From Octopus sinensis (Eukaryota): 64,000 nt of DNA. The DNA lies in assembly GCF_006345805.1 (NCBI RefSeq), contig NC_042997.1, positions 110,360,001 through 110,424,000 of the forward strand, read 5' to 3'. The notes beneath the pieces are model-generated. The model was given only the letters and a program-made list of their open reading frames with translations. It had not been told where the DNA came from and did no database searches. Each line of letters starts with the position of its first letter. The first letter of the stretch is position 1. A program made the translations under genes and the position numbers. Below, in pieces: positions 46,960 through 59,835 of the stretch.

Positions 46960-48659
46960 GGTTTATATATTATATTTATATTATTATGTCTATATAATAT
47001 ATATTATATTATATTTATATATATTTGTATATTTATATTTAATAGCAAAGACTTGGTTGTTTTGTGGACAGAACGAGATTTGAGAATATCAAATCAAAGT
47101 AAAGCCAAAGAGTTCAGATGGTGAGTCGGTTGTTCCTGTCACGGAACAGAAACCCTGTTGTCCTGCTGTTTTAATTGATGCCGTTTCCCAATTAAAACAT
47201 TTCGTTTCACAAATTTCATCAAAAAAGAAACAAAATTTCTTTAAAATTTCTAAAACCGGAAATGATTTCGGGAAGAACTCACCACCTCTTTGACATCCGA
47301 GAGCGTCATTTAGCAAAGGGGAATAATCGAAATTCTTTCACCAAGTCTTAACTTATTCTAATTTATCTGCCATTTAATTATCTTGGGATTTTGTTCATCC
47401 TTTCTGATGTTTTAATTATCTGCTGTATTGTATTATTCAATATCATCTTTGGACGCCTATGTTTCAGATTACAACTTCGACATCACCTTCCGTTTACCAT
47501 AAGACTTATTCCAAGACATATTGTTTGCTCAACATTGGCCAATCTATTTTCATTATTGGTCCACATCAACAAGGCGGCGACGCCGGAGCAAATGTTTTGC
47601 GGCGTTTCGTCCGTCTTTACGTTCCAATTTCAGATTTCGCCAGGGTCGATGAAACAAGTACCAGTTGAACACTGGTGCCAATATAATTGACCTCTGCCCT
47701 TCCTGGCTGACCTTGTGCCAAAACCATTAATATGTTATGGCGGCGAACTGGCAAAACCTTTAGTATGCAGGATAAAATGCTTAGTGGCATTTCGCCCACC
47801 TTTACATTCTGAGTTCAAATTCCACCAAAATCGACTTTGATCATCCTCTCAAGGTCGATAAATCAAGTACAGTCAAGCACTGGGGTTGATGTAATCAACT
47901 TGTCCCTCTCTCTACATATTAGATCCTGTGCCTACAAGAGAAAATTAGTAGTAGTAATAGTAGTAAAGGTGACGTATAAGAGAAAGAATTATTTTTATTA
48001 TTATATAAGGCGGCGAGCTGTCAGAATCATTTGCATGCTGGACGAAATGCTTAGAGGTATTGCACCCCTTGCTATGTTCTGAGTTTAAATTCCACCCAGG
48101 TCGACTTTGCCTTTCATCATTTTGGGATCGATAAATTAAGTACCAGTGAAATATTGAGGGTTGATGTAATCAACTAGTCCCTTCCCCAAGATTTCAGGCC
48201 ATGCGCTTATAGTAGAAAAGATTATTATTATTATTAAGGTGGTAAGCTGGCAGAATCGTTAGTGTGCTGGATGAAATGCTTACCAGTATTTTGCCTGCCG
48301 CTACATTCTGAGTTCAAATTCCGCTGAGGTCGACTTTGCCTTTCATCCTTCCAGGGTTGATAAATTAAGTACCATCTACCCTTGTGCCAAAATTTGAAAC
48401 CATTATTAGTAGTAGTATTATAGCAGTAAATGTGGCAAGCTGGCAGAATCGTTAGCACCCCAGGTAAAATGCTGAGCAGCACCTGTCTTTATGCTCTGAG
48501 TTCAAATCTTGCTAAGGTTGATTTTGCCTTTCATACATTGAGGGTCAATAAAATATATATTATTTGTACAGTGGTATCAAAGTAATCACCTGATCCGCTC
48601 CACTGAATTTGCTGACCTTCTGCCAAAATTTGAAACCATTATTTAGATTACTCTTTTGA

Positions 48660-49372
48660 CTCGGGCTTTGTCGGAACTCCATTGCTAGGTTTGCTACCTG
48701 CAGCCTAGGGTATCATGTTATTCATTCTCTTCAACTGTCTAATGCTCTCTTGGTGATTCTGGCTGTGCCAAGGAGGGAAACCTTTTGCAACAGCTCAACT
48801 GAGCATTCTATTCCCGCTTCCTTTACATTCTTCTTCATACCTTCCCCCAAGCACCTGACAATAATTGGCACCATCTTCATTCCCCACATCCAAACCATCT
48901 TGTAATTAAGAGGATTGTATATGTCTATTTTTTCACCTTCCCTCTTAACTATTTGTGGGTCAAATGAGCATGCAACATCAATTATAGAGCACATGTAATT
49001 TACCTAATGCACTATTATTATTATTATCAGCATCAGCATCATCATCATCATTATTATTATTATCATTATTATTGCCATTGCACAGCCTCTAACGCTGGAG
49101 ATGTACTATGGTGTCAGCTGTTCACTACCAGTGAACTAAGGTGACACCTCTTATTTTTTTAACACCTTCCGGTGTATTCGAGCAGTTCCAAGCAGTGCTG
49201 TTTTCTGCAAGTGCTCCACCCTTATTGCAACCCCAATTTGTTCCACGTACTTCTTGAGATTTTTGCTCACTCTTCCCAGGGCTCCGACAATTATTGGTAC
49301 TACTACCACCTTTTTCATCAGCCACAGCTGCTTAACCTCTCAAGCTAACCTGTCATATCTCTGATCCAGCAT
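48660..49372 (-). mobile_element. Two adjacent R4/Dong-like LINE 3' fragments separated by (ATT)n/(CAT)n
   Basis: CSIIDVACSFD...VPIIVRCLG...LLQKVSLLGTAR (48731-48994), plus a second copy at 49075-49372 homologous to 4187-4523. Confidence 0.7.
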
Positions 49373-49519
49373 ATTATTATTATTATTATTATTATTAAGC
49401 TATTACTTACTAATTTAATTAGCAGGTATGTTATCATGAGGTCTGGTGACAATATGTCCCCTCAAATCTATCAACTCATTCTAGTTTCTTCCCCTGGAGT
49501 GTGATAGAATCTATTTTCT

Positions 49520-51885
49520 AAGCATGTGTGGTGTTTATTGCCCCTGTGCATCTGCCACACATAAAGCTATCTTCTCAGTTAATCTTCCTTCAATGTTGCT
49601 GCACCTCTTATATATCCATAGCTTACACTGGGTACATCTTATGGAGTTTCTACCTACACCTTTTCTACAGATCGAGCAGGGCCACCTTCTTAAGTGGGTA
49701 TGTGATGAGTTCGCCTTCCTACTTAATAGAACTTTGGTCTTTGCTACATTGGCTCTAAGGCCTTTTGATTCTAAACCTAGCTTCCACACCCAAAATTTCT
49801 TTTCTGGTTCCAGTAGTGATTCTGCTATGAGGGCCAGGTCATCAGCATAGAGGAGCTCCCAGGGGCAACCCGAATTGAATTCCTGGAGGACTATGATGAA
49901 TAAAAGGTGACTGAGGACTGAACCTTGATGGACCCCTACTTCTACTTGGAATTCTTCACTATACTCATTGCCAATCCTAACCTTATTAATGGCCTCTCTG
50001 TATAGGACCAGTACAACCCTTATTAACCATTCATCAATCTCCAGTTTCCACATCACCCACCAGATAAGGGATCGGGGGACCCTGTCAAAGGTTTTCACCA
50101 AGTCCACAAAAGCTAAGTATAGGGATTTATCTTTAGCTAGGTATTTCTCCTGCAGTTGTCAAACCAGGAATATGGCATCAGTGGTGCTTCTACCCGGCAT
50201 AAAACCAAACTGCATCTCATCTAAGCAGACTCTCTCCCTAATGAGATAGGCTGTGACCCTCTCCATGACCTTCATCACATGATCTAGCAGTTTGATACCC
50301 CTGTGGTTATTTCTATCTAGATCATCACCTTTACCCTTGTAGCAGTTGACTATAGTGCTGCTATGTCAGTCATTGGGTATGACTCCATCATGAACTACCT
50401 GGTTTGCAATGCATGTGACTAGGCCATAGCCCACACCACCAGATGTTTTAAGCATCTCAGCAGTGATTCCTGATGGGCCAGGGCCTTTTCCTGGTTTCAT
50501 ACCCTTAATTGCTTTATCTACCAAGGAGCTGTCTATTTGGATAGCTGGTCCCTCTACTGGGTCAACATTTGGCAGGCTCTCCTCCTCCCATTCATTCTCC
50601 ATGTACAGCAGTCTTTATTAATGGCTTCTTCAAGCCTCTTTCTTTTCAGAATCATTAAAAGCAAGTGCACCATCATCCATACAGACACATTTCTCTCCTG
50701 TAACATCACAATTTTCTTTCACACATTGTCTTGCAATCTGAAATACTTCAGTTCATTGGTCCTCACGTCACTGGACATTGGCAAACTTCTTCTTTTCCGC
50801 TTCATCCTTGGCTATGTATACCTACCACCCAGCCTGCTTTTTGGCTACCTGGTACAGTTCCCTGCTACTCCCACCCATCCAGGCTTTCCAGGTCTGTTTC
50901 TTTTGCTCTAATGGCTTTTCTACCATACTATTCCACCACCATGTAACTCTAGGTCTAGAAGGGACTTTGCACCATCTGCAGACTTGGTCTGTGGCACTCA
51001 GCAAGCTGTCCCATAGGAATTTCCAGCTACCTTCTATGTCCGATGTTTGTAGCTCCTCCTCCTTCTCACCAAATTCTCTGACCATGTGAAGGATTCTTTA
51101 GCTTCCAAATCCTTCCTTTTTGGATTGGTCTGCTTCTTGGTATCCTTCAAGCCTAAAGTCACTAATGACTAGCCTATACTGGTGGTGGGTGGGGGGGTGC
51201 ATTCTTCACCCTGGAGGGTCTTTGTATTTAAGAGCAACCCTGCGTCCTACTGTCTGGTGAAGATGAAATCAATCTGGCTAGCAGAGTCCCCTGATTGATA
51301 GGTTATAAGGTGGCAGTCTGGCTTCCTGAAGTTAGTGTTGCAAATTAAAAGGTTACATGCATTACAAAACTCCAGTAGCCGAGTACCTTCATCATTCTGG
51401 GTGCTAATACCATGGTCCCCATGTACCCCAGTGAAGATACCAGATTCCCGCCCAACATGCCCATTAAAATCTCCAGCCACAAAGATGAGATCACTGCCAA
51501 TCGTCTTTGAGGTAGCCTGTAGAAGAGTATCATAAAAGTGGTCCTTCTGATCATTTGGTAGCCCCGCATGTGGAGTGTAAGTGGAGATAATTGTAGCTGT
51601 GCTGTTCTACAGGACTAGCCTGAGCTTAAGCACTCTGTTGCATACCCCAAAAACCTCTATGACTTTATCCACCCATTTCTCCACAAGGAGTATGCCTACA
51701 CCCCCTACACCATCCATGTTACCTTGCCAGAAGACTTTATACCTATGTGCCTTGCCTGTGAGGACCCTAGCTGAGGCTCCTCTCCATCTTACCTCTTGTA
51801 TACAGCATACATCAACCCATCTCCTTTCAAGCACTACAATCTCACTAGGCCTACCTTTCAGTGTGCCAACTCTGAAAACTTGAAA
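49520..51885 (-). pseudogene. Decayed RTE LINE ORF2 (endonuclease + RT) with frameshifts
   Basis: Fragments GTLKGR...DVCCIQEVRW, AGDFNGHVG...ICNTNF..QIDF, KAPGPSG-like and QGSVLSH..YADD. Same family as 11703-14180. Confidence 0.85.
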
Positions 51886-51960
51886 AGGAATGTGGGGTGA
51901 GGTTTGGGGAGGAGAGATGTTATTCAGTGCCTGAAAAGAAGAAGAAGGTTGTTGTGGTTC

Positions 51961-51963
<3 letters not shown>

Positions 51964-52031
<68 letters not shown>
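51964..52031. repeat. (TA)n microsatellite, one of many (also about 3460-3565, 26836-26950, 27130-27233, 27548-27600, 55166-55204)
   Basis: Read directly. Confidence 0.95.
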
Positions 52032-52036
<5 letters not shown>

Positions 52037-53771
52037 GCTTTATCTCCTATCCAAGAATTTATCTTCTTCTTTGCTGAATGCTTCCTCCTTTTTGGTGATA
52101 GCATTGATGACTCTGTTAACCAATTCTTATATAGAAGAGTTGATGGCATTGATTGCATGGCAATATCGGTGAAGGACAGGGTTGATTTTGTTGAGCCTCT
52201 CTCTCTTGTTGTTAGATTTTTTCCCTTTTCTCTTCTGGTGGCTTTGAAGTTTTGGGTTCCAATGGTGATGGAACACCATCACTTGGTATGTCTTGAGCTT
52301 GTGTTTCAAATGATTTAGGTTCAATTCCAGTGGCTTTCAGTGTTGCTTTGGTTGGTGCTTGTATCTTCAAAGAGGGCAACCCCATTGTCTTTTTCTTGAA
52401 GTGAGCTCACTGAATAAGACTTGGAGTTGAAACCTTGACTCTTCCATTCCTGCTACATATCCTGACTATTGAAGATGGTGTTTCATGGTCAGTGATTCAA
52501 TACTTTGACTGTTGGCTCATTCCAGCTCACATAGTGTCCCCATTTGATGCTCAAGATTGAATGACACTTTAGTTGGTGGAAGCATTCTAAGTTTTAGATG
52601 TCACAACAATATAGAATCCAAGTTTTGCAGCCATAGAACAAGGTTGAAATGACACCAAGAGAAATTTCAAAATGGAATACAATGGAAAACATAACTCCGA
52701 GGTTTATTCCCCATAAATTCCAACGGTATATAACATGAAATTTCTTTGATATTTTCTACAAATTCGTGTTGTATGTGCATCACATAGATGTGTGTGGGTG
52801 TGTATCAAGAGAATTTGTAGGAAATTTGGCTTTTATTTCGGTACTCATATTTTTTGTAAATGCCCTTTCTAGATTTATTTTGTAAAGTGGAAAACAAAAA
52901 CCAGTTTGGAAATTTCCAACATTTTCAGTTGTATAAAAAAAAAATAAATAAAATTAACACTTTATTTTCGCTTTTTGCCAAAGAATATATAATACCTCTT
53001 TTTACTGTGGGAAATTTCTCTGAAATTTTATCGCCAAGAAACAAATCCGATCAGTTTGGGATTTTTGTCAAAACTCATTCCCACCCCTAGAAATAGCCTT
53101 TACCCCCCCCCCCCAAAAAAAAATTTCCGATATAATCGACTTCTAGGCCATATGAAGCGTATATGTAAAAATATTTATTAAAAAAATATGTACGAAAAAG
53201 AGTCTGTGTGAGATTTGGCTGTTATTTCCTGCATGTGGATAGACTGCTTGAAGGCTTATTTAATGTACGGGTGCGCCCAGTTTTGATTTCGAAGTATTTA
53301 AAAAGTTATTTGGAAATCATAAAGCGAAACGTCTCCACCCATCACCACACCACTTCCAAAGTTTCGCTTTAGCATCGCACTCAACGCATGCGCAATAGCG
53401 AAAAGTGTTTCAAAACTTCGTGTTTATACCGTAGACTGCGAGGAGAGGGGAGGGGTATTTTTTTGTTTTTTTGAAATTGAAATTTTCCAAAAATTTTTGG
53501 AATATTTTTTTCAGAATCGCATATTTTTGGAAAAACAAATCTGAAAAAAGTCAAAAAGGAAGAAATTGGCGGGGAGGTGGGGTATTGAAATTTCGAAATG
53601 CCGATTTTTGCCAATTTTTTAAAATTTCCATACCCGGAAACGGGAGTATTTCTTTAAGAGGGGGGAAGGAATGGGAGGGAACAAAAGAAAGTCTTTCCGT
53701 CATAAATCTGGAGGAGAAGCACATGGTAAGATGTAGAACAGTTAATATTATAATGGGGGAGGCCGGTTTAT

Positions 53772-53832
53772 GGGGTTACCCTGGGTTTCTCGCTCATAAG
53801 GGGTTTAGCCTTACGGCGTATCTTCAGACCCC
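53772..53832 (-). ncRNA. Type I hammerhead-like motif
   Basis: GGGGT-CTGAAGA-TACGCCGTAAGG(CTAAACC)CCTTATGAGCGA-GAAA-CCC(AG)GG-GTA-ACCCC. Perfect 5-bp stem I, intact core, GUA triplet. Confidence 0.7.
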
Positions 53833-54639
53833 ACACGTGTTTTGGCTGTCTGAAGATACGCCGTAAACCCCCATTATATATATATATAATATATATATAT
53901 ATAGTCAATTCAAGGATTTCTTATTCCCATTAGGAATTAAGAAATCAAACATTTCATTGGTTTATCTTTAAAAAAAACTGATACAAATAAATTAACTATG
54001 TATCTAATAATAATGAAATTATTGTATACAGTGCTCAGGTGCGCCACAACTTGTCAAAAGTGTGTATAAAGCATATGCAGTAATGAATAAATGTTTGGAG
54101 AGTGAACAGTGTATGAGTCAGATACATGCTTGAGAAAATCAAAATCAGGTGTGTTGGCGGATCTCAGGAAGCATGGAAGTTTTGTGTCTAATTTCTTACA
54201 TCTTTAATTTTACCTATAAATAAATAAATATAATATATATATATATATATATATATACAGAGAGAGAGAGAGAATTCCTTGAATATAACTTTGGATATAC
54301 TCTCAAAGACTGAATGCCACAAAATGCCAATCCCTCGTCGGCCCTGATACAGCTTGTTTAAATTCCTCTTTGTGGATTTACTTAACTTCAGTTACAGGTG
54401 TTCGAAGCTTTTTATAATGGGACGTTATTAGTAATTTTCGTTTTTCATTTTATTTTATTTTCCCCTGAAAGCCTTATTCACCTGTAGCAAAATTGTACAT
54501 GAATAAAACCAATTCTTAATATCTGCTTTTTGTGATTATTTCCATAAAGTTAGGAAACATTTAAAATATTTTTATGACAGATGGCGCGTTGATTTGTTTG
54601 CTTGTAATCAGCAGCAATCACTGACCTATTATATTTCAG

Positions 54640-54682
54640 TTTACCTGTAGATTGTTACTTCCTGAGGACAGCGCCACAACAG
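54640..54682 (+). other. Putative upstream (5' UTR or short coding) exon of the plus-strand gene
   Basis: Acceptors tttcag| (54639) or ctgtag| (54650), donor AG|gtaaga (54683). Lies in a unique, locally CpG-richer stretch with ATGGCG and ACTTCCTG motifs. Confidence 0.3.
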
Positions 54683-55162
54683 GTAAGATATCTTTTCTTG
54701 TTGTTCCTCTGAGTGACCTAAATAATTAATTAAACAGGAAAATACAAGTTTGTTAGAAGAAAAAAAACTAACCCCGAGATATATATGTAATTTCCCAATC
54801 CAAGAAAATCTGATAAAAATGCCACAATATGTATATAAAAAGATATTTACGGTCATATTTTGTTTATTTTTTCCTTATAAGTTACGCCTTGGGCAGAACC
54901 ACGACCTCACACTTTTATAATATGGCGTCGGGCACTAGACACTTGTTTGTTTGCTCTTTATACCTCCGTTTTTAGTTTGGTTCTTTGTCATATATTTATG
55001 TTATTTCTAAATTAATTTAGAGTGTAGAAGCAATATGAAATTGATCTATATTTCAGCTCTCTAGCTCTTTGCCACTTTTTTAGGTGCGGTTGAGGTAACT
55101 TAATTGGGTCTAGTTTATTAATTACTAATGTCTTGTCTTATCCGAGAATAACCAAAAGTTTT

Positions 55163-55206
<44 letters not shown>

Positions 55207-55904
55207 TATATGTGTGTTGTATGTGTGTATATATATATATAGAGAGAGAAATTACAGTGGTCAAACATATGAGACGTAATGTCATAATGGCTTAATTCCA
55301 GTTTTAATTCAGTTACTAATTTAATAAGTGAATCGTAACTACGTCGATAGGTCGCGATTCGTAAATATATTTTCTCGTTAAAACACTTTAAAGTATCTGC
55401 AAACTTTGTCTTTATTTTGATATTTTAAATATCGGAACTTAAACCTACCTGTTGCCCTATTTCTGGGTTCAATCCCCCTCCTCCTACAAACAACTTTAAA
55501 ACCCTTAAAATTGTCCTCTCACTTTTTCAATACATTTTTTTTTTCTGCAGTTAAATATTTCTATGCCTCTCAATGATTCTCTCCTGTTCCGTTGGCCTGA
55601 AAACCTTTCGAAATTCTTTTTACTCTTTATTGTCGCAGTGACGAATTTAAAAATAAATAAAACATTTCCAGATTGTGTGTGTGTGCATGCGTATATGTAG
55701 TAGTGTTTTGTAAGTGTAACTGTGGTTGTTCTACAACTATAACAGAAGAGAACACTGTTTTTTGGTTGTGTAAATATTCAGTATAAAGAGTTTATACACT
55801 TCCAAGCTTAGAATGTTCCTTTTCCGAGGACTTCGTATCCCCTTGGATGAATAATCTTCAGATGGATCTGACTGGCGAACGTATAACACTCCATCACACA
55901 CACA

Positions 55905-56030
55905 CACCTATTGCCTCTCTGGGCATCAACACACTGAAGTTTTTTCATCTGGCTCCTGACTTAATAGAAGCCCACAAGATTATCCACCATCTTTCCAACA
56001 CCAAATTTGACTACTTTTTTTCAAATTTAA
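55905..56030 (+). mobile_element. Possible CR1/L2 LINE 3' remnant
   Basis: ASLGINTLKFFHLAPDLIEAHKII resembles the L..L.L.SLE.RRLR.DLIE.YKI motif. Confidence 0.35.
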
Positions 56031-58139
56031 TATCTCAAATACTCGTAAGGCCGGTGAGCTGGCAGAATCGTTATCACACATAGCGGCATTTCTTCCGTCT
56101 TTATGTTCTGAGTTCGAATTCCGCAGAGGTCGACTTTGCCTTTCATCCTTTCGGGATCAATAAAAGAAGAACCAGTTTGAGCGCTGAGGTCAATGTAATT
56201 AACTAACTTTCTTCCTCCGAAATTGTTGGCCTTGTGCCAAAATTCGAAACCAATATTTCCACCATCTGTACTGACAGGGTCACCAAGTAGAGGCATTGGA
56301 GGAGGTGATGATAAAAAGGTTATTGTGACATAGATACAGGTGTCTTGCTGTAGAGGAAGTACAAGGTTACCTGGCCAGAGAGAGAAAGGTCAGGAAAGGA
56401 TACAGAAAGAAGTGTGCTACTGCAAAGAAAATACATGGTTACCCAACCTGAGGGAACTGCAGGACAGCAGGATAAAGATGGTGGCAAAATGCTGGGCATA
56501 CTCACAAGAAATGGGGATCAGAATATATATGAAATGGTTAAATAAAGGAAGAGAGAAATACAGATAGTGGCAAGTGCCAGGGCAAACCCTTGAGGTTCGA
56601 ATGCCATAATGTAAGTTGCAGGATATTGTGAAAGGAGTGCAAGTGAGTGGTGAAAGACCTGGATATATATAGAGTTGGAGTGGCTACCAGATGGCAATGA
56701 TACAGAGGAACAGGGCCATGAGGAGAGGATTGGGGAGTGAGAGGTAGGCATAGTGTATGAAGGAAGAAATGTGAATGAGAAGAGATGTAGATTGGTTTGT
56801 TGGGGTAGGGTGAGAGAAAAGTTTTCTTGTTTTGTGTGGGTGGAACACCCAAGTTGAGGGCTAGCCAGATAGCAATAAGAGTGAAACAGGACATATGGGT
56901 ATAATGCACAGATCAGGGACAAGTGGAGAGCAATGATACAGTGGCACAGGGCCAAGAGGACAGGAGTGGGAAATATCACAGTACAGGAAGCAGAAATGTG
57001 AGGAAGAGAAGAGATGTTGGGTTTGTTGTTGTAGTGTGTGATAATATATATTCATTGAAAAGAATAAAATCAGTTAATATATGAGAATATGTGATGAAGA
57101 AAGTTGGTGTATGGTCATTGTCAACATTTTGCATCTACTTTTCTATGCTGGCATGGGTCAGAGGAGTTATGATCTGCATCACTATTCAGTTACTGCTCTT
57201 CCAGATATATAGGAGACCATGGTTCACCCAATTGTAGATGGGTGTGAGTGAACACTCTTGTATAACCAACGGTTTTACAGAGTGTATTTGGTAGATTTTA
57301 CTGTGGCACTAATTCAAGAGAAGTTGCTTTATCTCCAGAGTTCTGTTAACTCTATGCTGTCTCTGTTGATTCACTGGAACCAAAAGCCAAGAAGACTGAA
57401 GGATAAGCTTTCTTCTCTTGGGATTGAGACAAGAGCCAGAGGGAGATGTGAAAGGAGAAAGAGCCTCAAGATGGTTGCAGCGCAAGGAGATTGAATAGAA
57501 ACAGCATTTGTGAGGGAGGTTTAAATGTAAATATTGAAATAGTGTGGAGGAGAAGACAGACAAGATGATGAGAGGGAGAAAGTGATGAACGCCAGTAAGA
57601 CAGAGGTGGGACAGTGTGGTATGATGCTTGCTTTCCAACCACATGATATTGGCTTCAGTCCCACTGTGTGGAAATTCCAAGTTGACCAAATCCTTGTGGA
57701 TTTGAAAGACAGAACCTGAAAGCTCCTTGTTTGTCTGTGTGTCTTCCCCTTGACATTGTGCAAATACTGTAGACAAGTGTTACCATTATACAAGCACTGT
57801 CGTTTGTTTCCAATTGCCTGGCCATGAGCAAAATAATATCTTTCTTGGAAATGGGTGAGGATTGGCAACAGGAAGGACATTAGGTCTTAGAGAATCTGTC
57901 TCCATGAATTCTCACACAAGCATCATTAAAACAGCAACAACAATGATGAAAACATTTTGAATGATTTTTATTTGAAAAACTTTATTTTTTCTTCTTGTTT
58001 TTGATCCATTAAGCTTTTCTTTCTATTAGACATCAGCCAAAGTTTAAATGCCTAAGTTAAATTTTAAAAAAAGCAAACCAATAACAGAATATTGCTAATT
58101 ACCTATTATTTGTTTCAGTAGTAGTAGTGGTTATAAGAA

Positions 58140-58505
58140 TATCATTGACATAGCAGCATGCCCCAGTGACAACAGGATCAATGTGAAAGAAGAAGAAAAA
58201 ATAAACAATTATGACGATTTAAAGTAGGAAATACAAATGTTGTGGTCAGTGAAGAGAATAGTTGTGATACCAATAGTAATTGGTGCACTTTGGAAGTATC
58301 AGCACTCAACTACCGTCATGGCTGTAAAAGTTGGTACAAGTGTGAAGGTAGAACATCTACAAAAATCAGCATTGCTTGGAACTGCAAGAATTCTTCGCAG
58401 GTTTCTTGAAGCATGACCAGTAAACAAGTGTCACCCTCATCTGCTGGCTCTGGACAGCTGACACTTTCCCTCATACCCAGCAAAATAAGCTGTGAGATTT
58501 CATAT
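58140..58505 (+). mobile_element. R4/Dong-like LINE 3' fragment
   Basis: IIDIA..P.DNR...VVIPIVIGAL...LQKSALLGTARILRR; ends in (TAA)n. Confidence 0.65.
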
Positions 58506-58717
58506 GATAATAATAATCTTTCCTACTATAGGCATGAGGCTTAAAATTGGTGGTAGTGGTGGGATTAATCAATTACGTTGACCTCAGTACACAACTGGTA
58601 CTTATTTTATCAATCCCAAAAGGATTAAAGGCAAAGATAACCTTTGCAGAATTTGAGCTCAGAACATAAAGACAGATAAAATGCAGTCAAGCATTTTGCC
58701 CCGTGTACTAACATTTT

Positions 58718-59309
58718 GGATCTTTTCCTTTTGAACAGCAGATTTCAACACAATTTCTAGTTAACTAAACACTTTAAAACTTCGTATACTGGTAGAATGT
58801 GTCAAAAGAAAACATTATTTTCACTTGGCTTTCTTGATAAATTTGTAATTCGTTTGTTTAACGTAGTTTAATTTTTCGAATTTTAACCAATCCTTTGCTG
58901 CGTCTAAAACTGAGACAACATCCTGTAACTAACCCTACCCCCCCCAACCCTAACCATAACTTTTTTTTTCTTAATTGTTACGCGTGTAAAAAAAACTAAA
59001 CTTTAGTTTTTTTTACACGCGTAACAATTAAGAAAAAATGATTTAGGGTGAGAGGGAGGGTTAGTTACAGGATGTTGTCTCAGTTTTAGACGCAGCAAAT
59101 GTTGTTTACCTAAATGGAGGTAATCGATTGGTTAAAATTGCTGAAATGCTCGGATTTTCAGACGGAATATCTTACAAACTATAGAATTTTCTCAATAAAA
59201 CCAAGAGAAAATGATGTTTTATAAATACATTCTACCAGTATACAAAGTTTAAAAGTGTTTAGTTAACTAGAAATTGTGTTGACATCTGCCGTTCAAAAGG
59301 AAAAGATCC
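58718..59309. mobile_element. Long foldback element with nested internal palindrome
   Basis: TIR ggatcttttccttttgaac. Inner inverted arms tttgctgcgtctaaaactgagacaacatcctgtaactaaccc, and a central ttaattgttacgcgtgtaaaaaaaacta/tag..tacacgcgtaacaattaa palindrome. Confidence 0.75.
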
Positions 59310-59359
59310 GACATTTCTACTAGTTCATCGCCTTAGTAGTAGTAATAATATTAATAATA

Positions 59360-59570
59360 AATCACTAAGATGTGGCAGCTGTGAAAGTCGAACGTAAAGT
59401 TTATCCCTATTGTCATTGGAGCTTTGGGTTCAATACAACCCAATCTGAAAAAACATCTGAGAACCTTAGAAATACCTTACAATCTAGATGTATTGCAAAA
59501 GTCGGCATTACTTGGAACTGCACACATTGCATAAAGTACTCTTTGTCTGAGGTCCTTGTTGTGACTTGAC
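59360..59570 (+). mobile_element. R4/Dong-like LINE 3' fragment
   Basis: FIPIVIGALGSI...LQKSALLGTAHI; preceded by (TAG/TAA)n. Confidence 0.6.
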
Positions 59571-59731
59571 AAACAGTTCAATACCTGGTAGACACAATAT
59601 CTACAATCAACAACCTCACGATATTGTATACTGTGCGACGTCTATAATAATAATAATCTATTCTTGACTTCTCTGCTTTCTTATTTGTTTTCACTCTGAT
59701 AGAAATTCTTCTTGTTTCTATAGATACCAAG

Positions 59732-59835
59732 ATGTTGCGTGCCCTCATATGTGCAGCTTTATTTAGTTTTGCATTGTCTGTTGACATGGAAACAATTCTT
59801 TCAAACAGCAATGGCTATAAACTGGATACAAAAGT
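59732..59835 (+). CDS. Probable first coding exon of an unidentified secretory-pathway protein
   Basis: Polypyrimidine acceptor cttgtttctatag| at 59723, AAGATGT start, strong donor GT|gtaagt at 59836. MLRALICAALFSFALSVDMETILSNSNGYKLDTK(V) has n/h/c regions like a signal peptide. No downstream exon was identified in the window. Confidence 0.5.

Noticed and set aside
53811-53866. Perfect 19-bp hairpin as a pre-miRNA
   Set aside because: Better explained as an inverted partial duplication of the adjacent hammerhead motif; there is no small-RNA evidence.
55815-55870. Minus-strand CTGAAGA followed by a hairpin; similar partial hits near 16655 and 46450
   Set aside because: No complete GAAA/stem III/stem I arrangement could be formed.
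59578-59811. Minus-strand 77-aa basic ORF that looks vaguely histone-fold-like
   Set aside because: It is the antisense of the plus-strand signal-peptide exon and its polypyrimidine tract; no real histone motif.
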